Below are positions 24,436 to 38,537 of a stretch of DNA of 64,000 nt, piece after piece; the first letter of the stretch is position 1, and each line of letters opens with the position of its first letter. The DNA lies in contig NC_045697.1 of assembly GCF_009834535.1 (NCBI RefSeq), positions 112,346,001 to 112,410,000 of the forward strand, in the 5' to 3' direction. The notes beneath the pieces were generated by a model that searched no databases, was not told the DNA's origin, and saw nothing but the letters and a program-made list of their open reading frames with translations. The stretch is from Camelus ferus (Eukaryota). The translations under genes were made by a program, and so were the position numbers.

Positions 24436-27250
24436 ATTTATGTTATATTTTTGTAGGCATGTACCATAAATGCTCTTGTATAATTTATTCAGCATGTGCA
24501 TACATTGTAAGATGGTATAAAAAGATACTAGAAGGCCATCAAATAATTAATATTAAATGTTTTCTCTATTGTTTATCCAGGTATAAATAACTCTAGCTCA
24601 TTAAAGCATTCTGTAGCATCCAGAAGATAATTTTTGTCCTTCATAGTAATTTTAGATAGGAGCCAACTCCACAGGGATTTTCCCAGAGATAATCTCCTTT
24701 ATCTTAACTCATAGTGTCATGTAGAACTCAACAGATAGAAACATTCCAGAAAGAGAAATTTTAAGTGTGTGAGCTTAAATTCTCACTTAAAAAATATTTC
24801 AGAAATAATCTGTCATCAGATTTGAATGTCAGTCTGTAGTATTCATGGGGCAACTAAATTGTTAAAAAAAAAACAAACTTGACTTTCTTGTAAATGAAGA
24901 TATTTGTAAAATGACTTTTTAGAGGTGATATTCAGATTTTATGTTTCGTTTTCTTTCTTCGTGGTGATGGTAGTGTTATATCCTTTTTTAAATTTCACCA
25001 AACATGATTTAACTTTCAAATATATAAAAGGAAGGAGATATTTTTCTAAAGGCTAAACTGATCCAGAAATTAATGTCTTAGCATCTATTCTTCTTGGCTA
25101 TTTCTTCTTAGTTGCAGAGGAAAATGGCCTGCTGGGAGGGACTGGATGCACAGTCCAAAGCCCAGTATGGAGACAACCTGCTCAAGGCCTGGATTTTAAA
25201 GTCATGGACACCATCCATAAGCACCAATCCTGCTGCATTTGGGCCCTGAGTGGTTATGTCCAAGATAATGGTGTTTCATGGCAGGTAAAAGAGACAGGAT
25301 CTTATGGATGTAAGAAGGGAAATGAATAGAAAAGTCAGGCAGGCAGCCATGCACAGAGGTTCTGGTCTGTGGCAAGATCCTAGATTCTCAGTTCTAACTA
25401 GAGAGATGCTTGAGGGATTTGAGATGTTGAGGAAGATGTCAGGACCCTATACTCAGAGAGATTATGTCATTGGGTAGGTTAATAAGACAGCAATTTGGAA
25501 GTGGTGAGCAAGGTTGGTTATCAGTACCCTGTGAACAGTAGGGTTGTCATTTTAGAAATAAGTAGAAATCCGGTTACGAGGATTGTACCCCAAGCTGAGA
25601 CAGTGTAGACTTGCTGATAACATTTACTCTTGTATTTATTAAACATTTACAGGGATGCTTTTAAACACCAAATACTCTGTTATGATTCTGAGTCCTAGAA
25701 TACTACTTTTTAGGGGTGTAAAAACCTTTTTAGGTGTGTGTGTGTGTATGCTGAGACCTTATAAACACAAAGACACCTAAGTAAATTCGGCCATAGTCCC
25801 AGGAATAATATTTAAGCATCGTAGTGGTGTTTTATAGCAGTGGGTCTAAAGGATGTTTGATAACTCTTTATATTAACCTTCAAAAATTAGCAGTCACTTT
25901 TGTTCAGCATTCAAGTGAAGACAGTGATTAAAGCCAAAAGATGATGAGTGAAAATGATGTTGCTTGATTAAAATTAGGTTTTACTAAAATTAGTACCGAC
26001 TTTGTTCTTTGTGAGCTAATCAAGCTTGTCATGTAAGCGGCTGCCTTCTTTTCTTTAGAATAGACTTTCTGTAAATGAAATATGATGATTTAACTGCAAA
26101 ATTTCTCACTGGTCAGTCTTTCTATTATATGTTTTATGATGTCGTTCTGTGAGTTAACTCACAACGTTTATTGATGATATGCCTAGAGGTCATTCAATCA
26201 TTTTCATTACAATTACAGAATTAAAGCATATACGTTGTCCATAATCAGTCATGAGTCTGCAAGTAGAGTTGGTTATGGATTTAAGAACTTATTCTCCTGT
26301 CAAAATGCATTAGTCTCACTTAACCTTTATGAGTCTGACCTATAATATTAGAGTTTCTGGGAAAAGTGTATAGGAGAGAATACAATTTTTCAATAGTTTA
26401 ATGTTGGGCACTTATGTGTAATTTGGGCTGAGAGCTAGGAGCAAAAGACAGGACATTTGGTCTAAAGCCAATAATTTTGATTCTGCAACTCTTAGTCTCA
26501 AACAGCATATAAAAATACCCACACACACTTATGACACTTTAATTCTGTTCTTCACTTAAGAATGTGTGTGTCCAGCACTTCAGAATGTCCTTTTCACACG
26601 TCTTTGCTGGACTTAAAAGATGACATGTTAACTGTTCCAAAATTTGAAGGATTTCTGCAGTAAATTTGTTGTATTTCTATCCATATAGCAGAAGTGTGTT
26701 CCAGGGGGAAGGGGGTTCTAACCTATGAAGAATCTCACAATTGGGGTTGCCAAATTTTTGCATGCTTTCAAAATAAATTGACTAATTCTCCATCAATGGA
26801 ATAATGAAAGAAGCAGCCACATTAGGATATATCAGAAATATTGTGGAGGAAAATTCTGTGGAGGCTGAATTCTGTGATTTGTTCTTTTACTCCACCTCAA
26901 AATTTTTTTTTATCATTTTTTTTCTTACTCTTTTAGGATCTCTTTTATGCTTTTTCTTCCTCTATCAAAGCAACATATTACTAGTGTTGCAGATGGAATT
27001 TGGACAGAAGTTGAGAAGTTGAAGAAAATACATTATTTCCCTTTGCTGTTCACTTTAATCCCTAAACTTTTATATCCATCTGCATCTTGTTCATGAAACG
27101 TGGAATCTACTAGTTGTAAGGAGGAAGCAGGATTCCCTAACCTTTTGTGTTCTGTTTTTATGTATGTATTGTTTGCAGGTTTCTAGACAGCAATGCTTTC
27201 AGGGATAGGATTATTCTGATATTCCAGGGATTCTAAAGTTTTGGTACTAC

Positions 27251-27888
27251 TGAAATGGAGCAGGACCCTGCGGGTCTCTCCTGAGTACAGTTCCTTTCCA
27301 TGTCCCCTGTATCTTGTTTGTAGGAACTAGATTTCATTCAGCCACCTTGATCTTCTCTGAGCTGCAAAGGCAGATTCAAAGATTTGCTCATCAGGGAAGG
27401 GGGGAATGCAGAAACAAGGGAGGAACTGCCAAGAAACAATAGAGCAGCCTTGGGGCAGGGTCCTGGTTCCTCCTTATAAGGAATATATATAACATACCTT
27501 TGAATTCTTCTGCAGGAACTAAGGTCCCCACACAGGTGAACTGTAATAACTGGTAACTTAACTTTAGTAACTGATAACTTTAGATGGTAACTTTAGTTTG
27601 AGCATGAGATTCCTGGAGCATCATTCTGTTATTTCACCACCAACCAATCAGAAGACAGTCTACACACAGTGGGAGAGAATGAAGACTCTGACCCCCTCAC
27701 CAAATGATTCTCCCTTTAAAAGCTGCCATGGTCCAGCAGAATCTTTAGATTTGGTTTTTGGATACGAATCTATCTTTCCCTCAGGTTGCTGGACTCCTGC
27801 ATAAAGCAACATTTCCTTTTCCAACCAATACTTGTCTCTCAAGTTTTGGCTTTTGAGTGGCGAGCAGTTGAATTTGAGTTCAGTAACA
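27251..27888 (+). mobile_element. Solo ERV1 LTR (tgaaat...gtaaca family)
   Basis: tgaaatggagcaggaccc...ttcagtaaca, with a ccaatc box, a TATA-like tttaaaag and an ataaag polyA-like signal. Sense copy of the family at 19210/37450. Confidence 0.88.
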
Positions 27889-27995
27889 CTGTACTTGTTT
27901 GAACGAATATTTCATTATGATCTCATAAATCAGCATGCTAAGCTATAAAAGCAAATGCACATTTAAATTCTTTACTGAAAGTAAGAGTAGCAGCA

Positions 27996-29752
27996 TGTAT
28001 TAGTTATTTATAGCTGCATAAAAATTACTCTCAAATTTAGCAACTCAGAACAACTTAGGAGAGCCTTAACTTGGTGGTTCTCACTGAGTCTCTGATGCAA
28101 CTGCAGTTAAGATGTCAGTCTGAGCTATAGCTAGCTGGGGCCTGAGCTGGGGCTACAGGTTCCACTTTCAATCTTGACCAAAGACTCAGTTACTTATTGG
28201 CTTTGGGCTACTGGCCTCGGTTTCTTGTCATGGGGGCCATTCCAGTGTGCTCCTCAGAACAAGGCAGGTAACTTCCTGTAGAGTGAGTGATCCAAAAAGA
28301 GAGAGCGCCAAGAAAGCCACAGAGTCACAGAGACAGCTTCTATGACCTGCTCTCTGCAGTCACACCCTAGCACATCCATCTTATTCTATTCATCATTAGA
28401 AGCAATGTGCTAAGTCCAGCCCCAACTCAAGAGGAGGGAAAGCAGTCTCTGCTTTTGTTTTTGTTTTTTGTTTTTTTTTTTAATTGAAGTATAGTCAGTT
28501 TACAATGTTGTGTCAGTTTCTGGTGTACAGCATCATGTTTCAGTCATACACGTACATACATTCATTATCAAACTCTTTTTAACCATAAGTTACTACAAGA
28601 TGTTGAATATAGTTCCCTGTGCTGTACAGAAGAAATTTGTTGATCTGTTTCCTATATAGTAGTTAGTAGTTAGTATCTGCAAATCTTGAACTCCCAATTT
28701 ATCCCTTCTCAATACCTTCCCCCCCGTAACTGTATGTTTACTAAGTCTGTGAGTCTATTTCTGTTTTATAAGTAAGTTCATATGTGTCTTTTTTTTAGAT
28801 TCCACATATAAGTGATGTCATATGTATATGTCTTTCTCTTTCTGACTTACTTCACTTAGAATGACGATCTCCAGTTCCACCCATGCTGCTGCAAATGACA
28901 TTATTTTATTCCTTTTTTTGGCTGAGTAGTATTTCATGGTATAAATATACCACAGCTTCTTTATCCAGTCCTTTGTTGGTGGACATTTAGGTTGTTTCTA
29001 TGTCTTGGCTATTGTAAATTGTGCTGCTGTGAATATTGATGGGCATGTATATTTTCAAATTAGAGTTCCCTCTAGATGTATGCCTAGGAGTGGGATGGCT
29101 GGATCATATGGTAAGTTTATTTTTATTTTTTTGTGGAATCTTTGCACTATTTTCCCTAATGGCTGCACCAACTACATTCCCACCAACAATATAGGATGGT
29201 TCCCTTTTCTCCACACCATCTACTGCATTTATTGTTTGTGAACTTTTGAATGATGGCCATTCTGACTGGTGTGAGGTGATACCTCATTGTAGTTTTGATT
29301 TGCATTTCTTAGTGCCTGTTGACCATTTGTATGTCTTCATTAGAGAATTGTGTGTTTAGGGCTTCTGTCCATTTCTGGATTGGGTTGTTTGTTTTTTTGT
29401 TAAGTTGTATGAGCTGTGTATATATTTTGGAAATTAAACTTTGCCATTCGTATCATTTGCAAATATTTTCTCCCATTCCTTAGGTGGTTGTTTTGTTTTG
29501 CTTATGGTTTCCTTTGTTGTGCAAAAGCTTATAAGTTTAATTAGGTCCCATTTGTTTAGTTTTGCTTTTATTTCTGTTGTCTGGGTAGACTGCCCTAGGA
29601 GAACATTGCTAAGATTTATGTCAGAGAATATTTTGCCTATATTTTCTTCTAGGAGGTTTATAGTGTCTTGCCTTATATTTAAGTCTTTAATAGGCTCTGC
29701 CGTTTGAAGGGCGAAGTATCAAAGGATTTGTGGACATTTAAAAACTACTACA
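27996..29752 (-). mobile_element. MaLR LTR (MLT1) interrupted by an L1
   Basis: tgtattagttatttatagctgcata...aaaactactaca, 5-bp near-TSD cagca/tagca. The halves are 27996-28452 and 29691-29752. Confidence 0.75.
28453..29690 (-). mobile_element. 5'-truncated L1 (3'UTR + ORF2 C-terminal region)
   Basis: Poly-T tail, L1 3'UTR and antisense ORF2 (ggacatttaggttgttt, gtgcaaaagcttataagtttaattaggtcccat). Confidence 0.92.
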
Positions 29753-30805
29753 TAGCACTGCTGTTAATAGTCACTGCCACTTAGCGGGAGCTTATCATAA
29801 ATTAAACACTGTTCTCTGTAAGCACAAAGCTAGTTCTGCGTCACTCTTCCTTTCTCCTTCAGATTTGCCTGGTGCCCACAGAAGCCCCTGCCTGAGTACC
29901 TCCTCACAAAGCTATGGTCTCCCTCTTTCATGTCTTACTCTGTCCTCTTCTCCTTCCTCTGAGACTGAGATTCGGTCTCCTACCCTAGAAGCAACTGTTT
30001 GTTTTCCCTGATCAGGAAGGTGGATAGGTTTACACCCATTTGTTCACATGAGCTAAATTTTCCCCAAAAATCCTTAGCAAAGGGACTAGATAATAGAAGT
30101 GTATCCTTCCCTATGCCGTATCTGAAGGCGAGGGATTCGACAAGGGCCATGAATTTCCTTAGATGTCTTGTTTTCTTTAAAAAAATAAGAAAAAGTCAGA
30201 TATCCACTCTCAGCCTATTTCTGGCATTAGGATTAAGGGACACTTTTTTTTCCTCCCTCAACCTTACAAACTTGACCATCATTCAGTCTAGTGCTTTTTT
30301 GGAGAAACCTCCATGGTAAACTAAAAGTTTCCATATGAAGATTAACTGCTAAAGAGAACTTTTCAAAGTAAAGCCTGTTAACCATGATAATTAGTAGAAT
30401 AACGCTACTTATTATAACATTCCATTAAACCCAATTAGGGAAACTCATGTGTTTAATTCAATCTATGGTTATTCTCTAATAGATTTAGACATTTTTTAAG
30501 CTAATAGGGCCAAATAAGTAAAATACAGTGATAGCAAAGGAAATTCAGCCTTCCATCATCAAGGGGAGAGTCTGTGCCTCTAAACTGAGCTGGAATCACT
30601 GTACTGTCTGTACTGTGTGGTTTGTTAAACTGGGTGGGTGCCCCCCTCGAGTGCTGCCTTCATTGTTGCCACCCAGAGCATCACCATCAACATTTACTGA
30701 AGACATTATTATGAAGACAATGGATTATGTGACTAATATTTTGCAAACATTCTGTAATTTAACTATAAAAACATGTCTATAAATTAACCCCCTTAAAATA
30801 TCATT

Positions 30806-32010
30806 TTTAAGTGAAGTATAGTTTTTTTCAGTTTATTATTATCTTTAATATTATTTTGCTTTTTATTGAAATGTAGTTGATTTCCAATGTTAGTTTTTGC
30901 TGTACTGCAAAGAGATTCAGTTATACATATACACAGATAAATATTTTTCAGATTTTTTTTCCATATACGTTATTTCAAGACATACAACACAGTTCCCTGT
31001 ACTATACCGTAGGTCTTTGTTGTATACATTTTATATATGGTAATATATATATGTTAATCCCAAACTCTTTTTTTTAGTGAATTACAGTTAATTACAATGT
31101 GTCAGTCTCTGGTGCACAGTGCAATGTTCCAGTCCCACATATAAACACATATACCCATTTTCACATTTTCTTCCATTAAAAGTTATTACAAGATACTGAT
31201 CAGAGCTCCTTGTGCTATACAAAAGAAACTTTTTTAAAAATCTATTTTTATATATAGTGGCTAACATCTGTAAATCTCAAACTCCCAAATTTATCCCCTC
31301 CCACCCTCTTTCCCCGGTAACCATAAGATTGTTTAATAAGTCTGAGAGTCTATTTCTGTTTTGTAGATGAGTTCATAGTGTTCTTTTCTTCCTTTTCTTT
31401 TCTTTTCTTTTTTAGATTCCACATGTGAATGATATCATGTGGTGTTTTTCTTTCTCTTTCTGGCTTACTTCACTTAGAATGATGATCTCTAAGTCCATCT
31501 GTGTTGCTACAAATAGCATTATTTTATTCTTTTTATGGCAGAGTAGTATTTCATTGTATAAATATACCACAACTTCTTTATCCAGTCATCTGTTGATGGA
31601 CATTTAGGTTGCTTCCATGTCTTGGCTATTGTAAATAGTGCTGCTGTGAACATTGGGGTGCATGTATCTTTAAGTGAAGTATAGTTGCTTTACAATGTTG
31701 TGTTAGTTTCTGGTGTACAGCAAATTGATTCAGTTATTTATATACACACACACACACACACACACACTTATATGTTTCACATATATACTTATATGTTTTA
31801 TATATATGTATACACATACACACACATGATACACACACACACACACACACACACATACGCATACATGCATACATATACTCTTTTTCAAATTCTTTTCCAG
31901 TATGGTTTATTACAGGACATTGAATATAGCTCCCTGTGCTATACAGTAGGCCCTTGTTTATCTGTTTTGTATATAGCAGTGTGTATCTGCTAATCTCAAA
32001 CTCTTAATTT
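30806..32010 (-). mobile_element. Nest of three L1 3' ends; the inner two (30824-31668) are bounded by one 18-bp duplication
   Basis: tttaagtgaagtatagtt at 30806-30823 and 31669-31686. L1 3' termini begin at ~30860, ~31068 and 31669. Confidence 0.88.
31740..31878. repeat. Compound (CA)n/(TA)n microsatellite inside an L1 3'UTR
   Basis: Two CA runs separated by TA/TG repeats. Confidence 0.9.
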
Positions 32011-32332
32011 ACATTTCTAGGAAGCTATGAGGGGACCTCAAGTCCACGAGTTGTTAAGTTATCTATGCTGTTAACCCCTGACCATGTCATAGTGCTTTCT
32101 CCACATATGAAATGACCTTTACAAGCCCTCCTGGCTCTATCTTCTATCACAATGTGGTAAGGTATTTATCTTCCTCTCAAACCCTTGGCAAAGGAAGGCA
32201 GTCCTGTGATTGGCTGAGTGGACAGACATAGATTATGTTTTATTGGCAACCTTGGGTGGGGCACACCAGGATGTGGTGGGATATATCCAAGATGATAAGA
32301 GCACACCTCTTGTCCTCCTCTTCCACACTATG

Positions 32333-32375
<43 letters not shown>

Positions 32376-32378
32376 ATA
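32333..32378. repeat. (TAAA)n microsatellite
   Basis: About 11 units of taaa. Confidence 0.95.
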
Positions 32379-33029
32379 TTTAATTTAATAAAATAACACT
32401 GAGGGCATATAATGCCTTTGGCTAATTTTGATGCATTCATCAACATTAAGTGCTTTATTCCCAGCTTAGTTTGTGTAAAGAGACATTCCTGTCATCAAAT
32501 ATCAGCAAATGCCATTCTCTTCAAATCCTTTGACATCCTGACATCCTGACATCCTTGACCATCCTTGTCCAGCTCTTGGGTTACTGTTAACAACTTTGTT
32601 ACTTAGCTCTGCTTGTGTCCTACATTTAGGAATGCTGGGAGGATTGGGTGTGATGGTAAAATTGGGGTTGGGGGAACTTCTCCCAATTTCTATTTACAGA
32701 TTCTTGCTTTCTGTTTCTAATTGCTTAGGGAAAATGGTGTCGTAGGAAAACCTGCATTTCCATATTTTCATTCATAGACCTTTTTGGCTATTTGATTATA
32801 CTTTCTGTCAGTCACTATGGATCATAACCTTTCACCAGAAAGCAAATTAATGTCTGAAAGATGGGGTGGGTGCAGGGAAGGAGAAAGACATATAGTGCAT
32901 TGTTATTTGATGTGGTCCACGGTTGTTTGAAATATAGTGTTTGTATTCTCTATACATTAAGTGCAAGGTTCTATGTAGTATGTTCTATTATCCATCGTTC
33001 CATTATATATATTGTAAACTATGTCTAGT

Positions 33030-33143
33030 AAGACATATACATACATACATCTGTATGTGTATACACACACATAGACACATGTATGTATGTGTACTTGCTG
33101 CCTTCACCCCATCTGTATATGTAGATGTGTGCACATATGTAAA

Positions 33144-33177
<34 letters not shown>

Positions 33178-33180
33178 CAC
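33030..33180. repeat. (CA/TA/TG)n low-complexity tract
   Basis: Alternating purine-pyrimidine repeats ending in a pure TA run. Confidence 0.85.
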
Positions 33181-34509
33181 TTTTCATTTGTTTGAGCTTT
33201 TGCACTGAATTTTGCAGGAATCATTTGGTTCAATAATACGATTTTTCAGTTAAGTTTAGTCTACTCCTCAACCTATTTTGCTTTTATTTGTTTTCCATGT
33301 ATTTTTATTTTGGCAGCTCTTTCCCCCCTCAACAGTTCTAATAGTTTCCTTTTTTTCCCCCTTAACTTTCACTGTTGTTGATTCATGGAGGTGATAGCTT
33401 TTCACATGTCTCTGAGGGTACTAATTACATTTACTGAATTTTTTCTGTTTTTCTGTTTCCTTTATTAATGATGTTTTTCAGGAGTTAGTCTGTTTGCTGC
33501 TGAAATTTGTAAATAGCTTAGTCAGGTTCTTAGTGTTAATTTTCTTCAATTTTGTGGTGATTTGAGACTATCAATTTCTATTTGTGGTTAAAAATTTACA
33601 TAAAAAATACTGGCAGCTGGAATGCATTTTAAAGTCTAAATGGAGATTATAGAAAATTAATTTTGTTGCTCACTGGTTGCAGGGGGTGTGGGGAGGTACG
33701 ACCATGAGCAGGATAGGTACAAGCGTGTGTTTTCTGAGTGCTGGGCCTCTCAGTCTCAGCTTTTGGCTACAGTTAGCTGAGAACACTGTTTCATTCTGGA
33801 ACCCACTGACAGTCCCCAGTTCAGAATTACAGCTTGAACTATACACACATAGTTTGGGGGAGGCTTAAAAATACTTATCTAAGTAGTTAAAACTATACAA
33901 CATATGTGTAAATACAGTTAGAACTATACAAAATAAGTAGTTAAAACCTCAGCAAATGAGCAGTTAAAACTGTACAAAATAAGTGCAAAAAAGTGTAAAT
34001 GAATCAATACAAACACAAACAAAAGAATTATTGAGAAATTGCTGTGTTCTAGATAATATCCCAAATGAAGACAAAAAGCTGATGGAAAGGGGAAATGGGA
34101 GTGGGTTCTAGGGAGCAGATGGGTATTCAGGAGAGAAGCTGGTAAATCACAGTAAATGGAAGAAGGCTGTGCTGTGATCTCAGTCTTCACGTACTCTGGC
34201 ATTATTTTTAATTTCCTAAGCTGAAGAAATTGTAAAGCATATACCTGTTATGCTCACAACAGATTTATAAGTTCTAGCACAGTAGGTGTCAACATCTAAA
34301 GCATGGAACAGTGCTAGTGGTTCAACTTTGTGTCCCTACTGCAAAGCCTGAGTCAGCGTCTCCCAAGAGCTGTGTGCATCCACCTTGTATGTGGAGTTTC
34401 TGAAACTTTCAGATTCATGGGCCACATGGTGGAGCCCAGGTCTTTCTTTTTAGAAAATGTCTGTGTGTAGTTCTAAGGGGCATCTTGAATTTAGAATCAG
34501 TGGCCTGAA

Positions 34510-35925
34510 TACTGCCCAAGGCAATTTACAGATTCAATGCAGTCCCTATCAAATTACCAATGACATTCTTCACAGAGCTGGAACAAAAAATGTTAAAATT
34601 TGTATGGAAACACAAAATACCATGAATAGCCAAAAGAGTCTTGAAAAAGAAGAATGAAACTGGAGAATCATGCTTCCTGACTTCAGACTATACTAGAAAG
34701 CTACAGTAATCAAAACAGTATGGTGTTGGTACAAAAACAGACACATAGATCAATGGAGCAGGATAGAAAATCTGGAAGTAAAGCCACACACTTATGGTCA
34801 ATTAATCTACAACAAAGGAAGCAAGAATATACAACGGTGAAAAGACAGTCCCTTCAACAAGTGGTGCAGGGAAAACTGGACAGCTACCTGTAAAAGCCTG
34901 AAATTAGAACATTCTTTAACACTGTACACAAAAATAAACTAAAAATGGATTAATGACCTAAATAAGATCAGATACTATAAAACTGCTAGAGGAAAACATA
35001 GACAGAACACTTGCAGACATAAATCACAGCAATATATTGTTTGAACCAGTCTCTGGAGTAATGGAAATAAAAGCAAAAATAAACAAATGGGATCTAATTA
35101 AACTCAAAGCTTTTGCACAGCTGAGGATATCATCAACAAAATGAAATGACAACCTACAGAATGGGAGAAAATATTTGAAAATGATGCAACTGACAAGGGA
35201 CTAATTACCAAAATATACAAATAGCTAATACACCTTAATATCAAAAAACAAACCAACCAACCAACCAAACAAAAACAAAAAACAAGCAACCCAATCCAAA
35301 AATGGGCAGAAGATCAAGCAAACAATTCTCCAATGAAGACATACAAATGGCTAATAGACACATGAAGAAATGCTCAGCATCATTGTCAGAGAAATGCAGG
35401 TCAAAACTCCAACGAGATATCACCTCACACCAGCCAGAATGGCCATCCTTAAAAAGTCTACAAATGATAGATGCTGGAGAGGGTGTGGAGAAAAGGGAAC
35501 TTTTGGTGGGAGTGTAGACTGGTGCAGCCGCTATCGAGGACAGTATGGAGGTTCCTTAAAAAACTAAAAATAGACTTACCATGTGATCCAGCAATTCCAT
35601 TCCTGGGCATATACCCAGGGAGAAGTAAAATTCAAAAAGACACTTGCACCCCAGTGTTCATAGCAGCACTATTTACAATAGTCAAGACATGGAAACAACC
35701 CAAATGTCCATCAACAGGTGACTGGATAAAGAAGATGTGGTACATATATACAATGGAACACTACTCAGCCATAAAAAAGAATAAAATAATGCCATCTGCA
35801 GCAACATGGATGGACCTGAAGATCATCATTTTAAGTAAAGTGGGCAGGATAGAAAAAGAAAAATGCCATATGATATGACTTATATGTGGTATCTTAAAAA
35901 AATGACACAGATGAACTATTTATTA
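34510..35925 (+). mobile_element. L1 ORF2 3' portion, frameshifted, 3'UTR largely absent
   Basis: Translations match the ORF2p C-terminus: [32 protein letters not shown] and [24 protein letters not shown]...WKQPKCPSTGDWIKKMWYIYTMEHYSAIKKN. Confidence 0.95.
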
Positions 35926-36384
35926 TTTATAACTTAGATGATTGATTTCTTGAATATGTGTAAACACATTTGACTGTCCTTTATGATTGGATTACCACAT
36001 TCTGTTGATTCTTTAAAAAAAAAAAAAAGAATCACTGACCTGAGCGAAAGAGAAGGAGAAAAGGGAGAGAAATATAAGTAGAATATAAGAAAAGAAATAA
36101 AACTAAAAATGAAAGGCAATAAATGATTGGGGTGAGTTGCTTATGTAAAATGCATTATGTTACAGTTGATGGTGTAAAACCCCTCCTGCACTCTCCATTT
36201 CTTGATTCCCCAACACTACTGTCATTAACAACCTCCCTGTAAGATGAAATGACTGAAAGTTACTCAGGATAGGGAGAAATTCAAAGCAGAAAATAATAGG
36301 CTTAAATTTATGGCGTGCATTAAAACCAGTGGGAAATATTTCAAATGGGTGCTTGAGCCTGACAAATTGGTGAAGAATTAGAAG

Positions 36385-36520
36385 TATGTGTTATTTATAA
36401 GAAACGGCCAAACTGTTTTTCCATATGGCTGTACTGTTTTGCATTCCCACTAGTAATATATGAGAGTTCCAGTTGCTTCACATGATCACCAGCAGTTGGT
36501 TTTGTCTGTTTTTAAAAATT
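36385..36520 (-). mobile_element. Old L1 ORF2 fragment
   Basis: aagaaacggccaaactgtttttccatatggctgtactgttttgcattcccactag. Confidence 0.7.
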
Positions 36521-37449
36521 ATTGTTTTACCATTTAAATTAAAAACTTATAAATTCTAGTATTTATGTTGCAGAAAACATAAAAATATCAATAACACCAG
36601 ATGCATGAGGAGCATGTCTTCCTAGCTGGAAAAGGCACACCCTTTCATTTGATCTTAATATACAGTAGAATGATCTAGGAGGAATAATGAAGTCAGACAT
36701 CAGTCAAATAACTAAGTAACATGAAGAGAACATGTAATGATGGTTGATATGCTCATTAGTCACTGTGTATTTTTTCATGTGTTTTCCTTGTTTACAATCT
36801 TCAGTTTCAGTTATCAGAAAAACTCCATAAGAGGGTATCAGTCTTGTCACAAGATGCCATCAGCAAAGAGAAATAGGCAGTTGATGAAGTTTCTTGAATG
36901 CCTATAATTATATGCCAGTTGATTTCATAAAGTTTCTTTTAAAAGCATATTGACAAGAGAATAAATTTGAGACAGAACATAATCTATGCATTGAACAAAT
37001 GCTTCTTAAATGTCTGCTTTATAAAAGGCATTCTGTTAAGCACTGCGGCAGACACAAAAGAGAATGTAATTTGGTGCAGGCAGGATAAGACAATTATACG
37101 ATTATCTCTGATCCAGAGTAGATTGTGAAATGTACCATGGGAGATACACACCACAGAGCTGCGGATCTGGGAAGCAGAGGAATGGCATCTGCTAGAGGGA
37201 ATTAGGGAACGCTTCTTGACAACAGAGAAAGTCAGCTTGGCCCTGAAGAATGCATAATGGTTGGTCTGTTTATTTTGTTTTAATTTTTTGTAATAAAATT
37301 AATGTTATTGTAGAAAGTTTTGAAGATCCAGATGCTTAGAAAAATGTAAAAGAAACAAACAAACAAAAAACAAATCTAAGATTTCACCACCCAGATAAAA
37401 CCATAAACACTTGACTATATTTCACTGTAGACTTTCTTCTCTGAATTAC

Positions 37450-38042
37450 TATTACCAAATTCAGGTCTGGCTGCTCACCACTCTAAAGCCAATACTCAGG
37501 AGATAAGTGCTGTTGAGAAAAATAAAAGTTGCTTTATTCAGGAGGCCAGCAACCTGGGGAAAAGGTGGACTCATGTCCAAACACCAACTCTGAAGATTCT
37601 GCCTGACCATGAAAGTTTTTAAAAGGAGACTCATTCAGGAGGGTGTCAGAATATTTATTGTTTTCCACTGTGTGCAGACTTTCTTCTGATTAGTTGGTGG
37701 TGAGGTGACAGGGTGGTGCTCCAGGAATCTTGTGCTCAGCCTGAGTTACCATCCTTCACCTGGGTAGGGCTTTAGTTCTTGCAGAAGAACTCAAAGATAC
37801 TGTTATGTATATTCCTTGAGGAGGAACCAGGACCTTGCCCCATGGCTGCACTATAGTTTCTTGACAGCTCCTCCCTTATCTCTTCATTCCCTCCCTTCCC
37901 AGATTAGCAGGTATTTGAACTTTCCCTTTGGAACTCAAAGAAGGTCAAGGCTTTGAATGAAGCTTATTTCCTACAAACAAGAAATGGGGGACAGAAGAGA
38001 TTTGTACTTGGGAGGACCCCCACAGTGTCCTGCTCCATTTCA
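37450..38042 (-). mobile_element. Solo ERV1 LTR (tgaaat...gtaata family)
   Basis: Perfect TSD ttac, homologous to 19210-19790. Confidence 0.9.
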
Positions 38043-38537
38043 TTACCTCATATATTTGAGAAAATAATATGCTTATAATTGTATATGCTACTTTTAAAAA
38101 TTAATATTATACTAACAAATGAATAAGTAACTTAGATTCTCACCATGTTTAAAAACTTCTTTATAAGTATTATAGTGTTAATGGTTGTTTATTCCACCTT
38201 TCTGAATATTCTAAATACTGAGCCAGCCCTCTCCTGTAGGACCTTTAGGTAATGTCTTAGCTTTTGCTAATATAAGTTACATATTGAAAATCCTTTCTGG
38301 TAAAGCCGTCTTCTACATTTTAGACTTTTGTAGGCTAGATTATTAGAGGAGAGACTACCAGATCAATGTTTGTTGAACTTTTTAATGCTAGTGATATGCA
38401 GGTAGCCTGGGGAGAGAAGGAAGGGGTGGGTGTATAAGTAAGCAAAAAGAGAGAACACAGAATTAAAATAGCAAGAGAGATAAGAAATCTAACATATATG
38501 TGGAGAGTGTCAGGTTATCCACTCAACTAAAGGATAG

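Noticed and set aside
32531..32568. tgacatcc tandem (and tgaactg at 56324) as a CRISPR-like or functional array
   Set aside because: These are short slippage repeats without spacers in a eukaryotic context.
35241..35878. Overlapping ORFs as a functional retrotransposon gene
   Set aside because: These are frameshifted fragments of the L1 ORF2 C-terminus with no RT or endonuclease.
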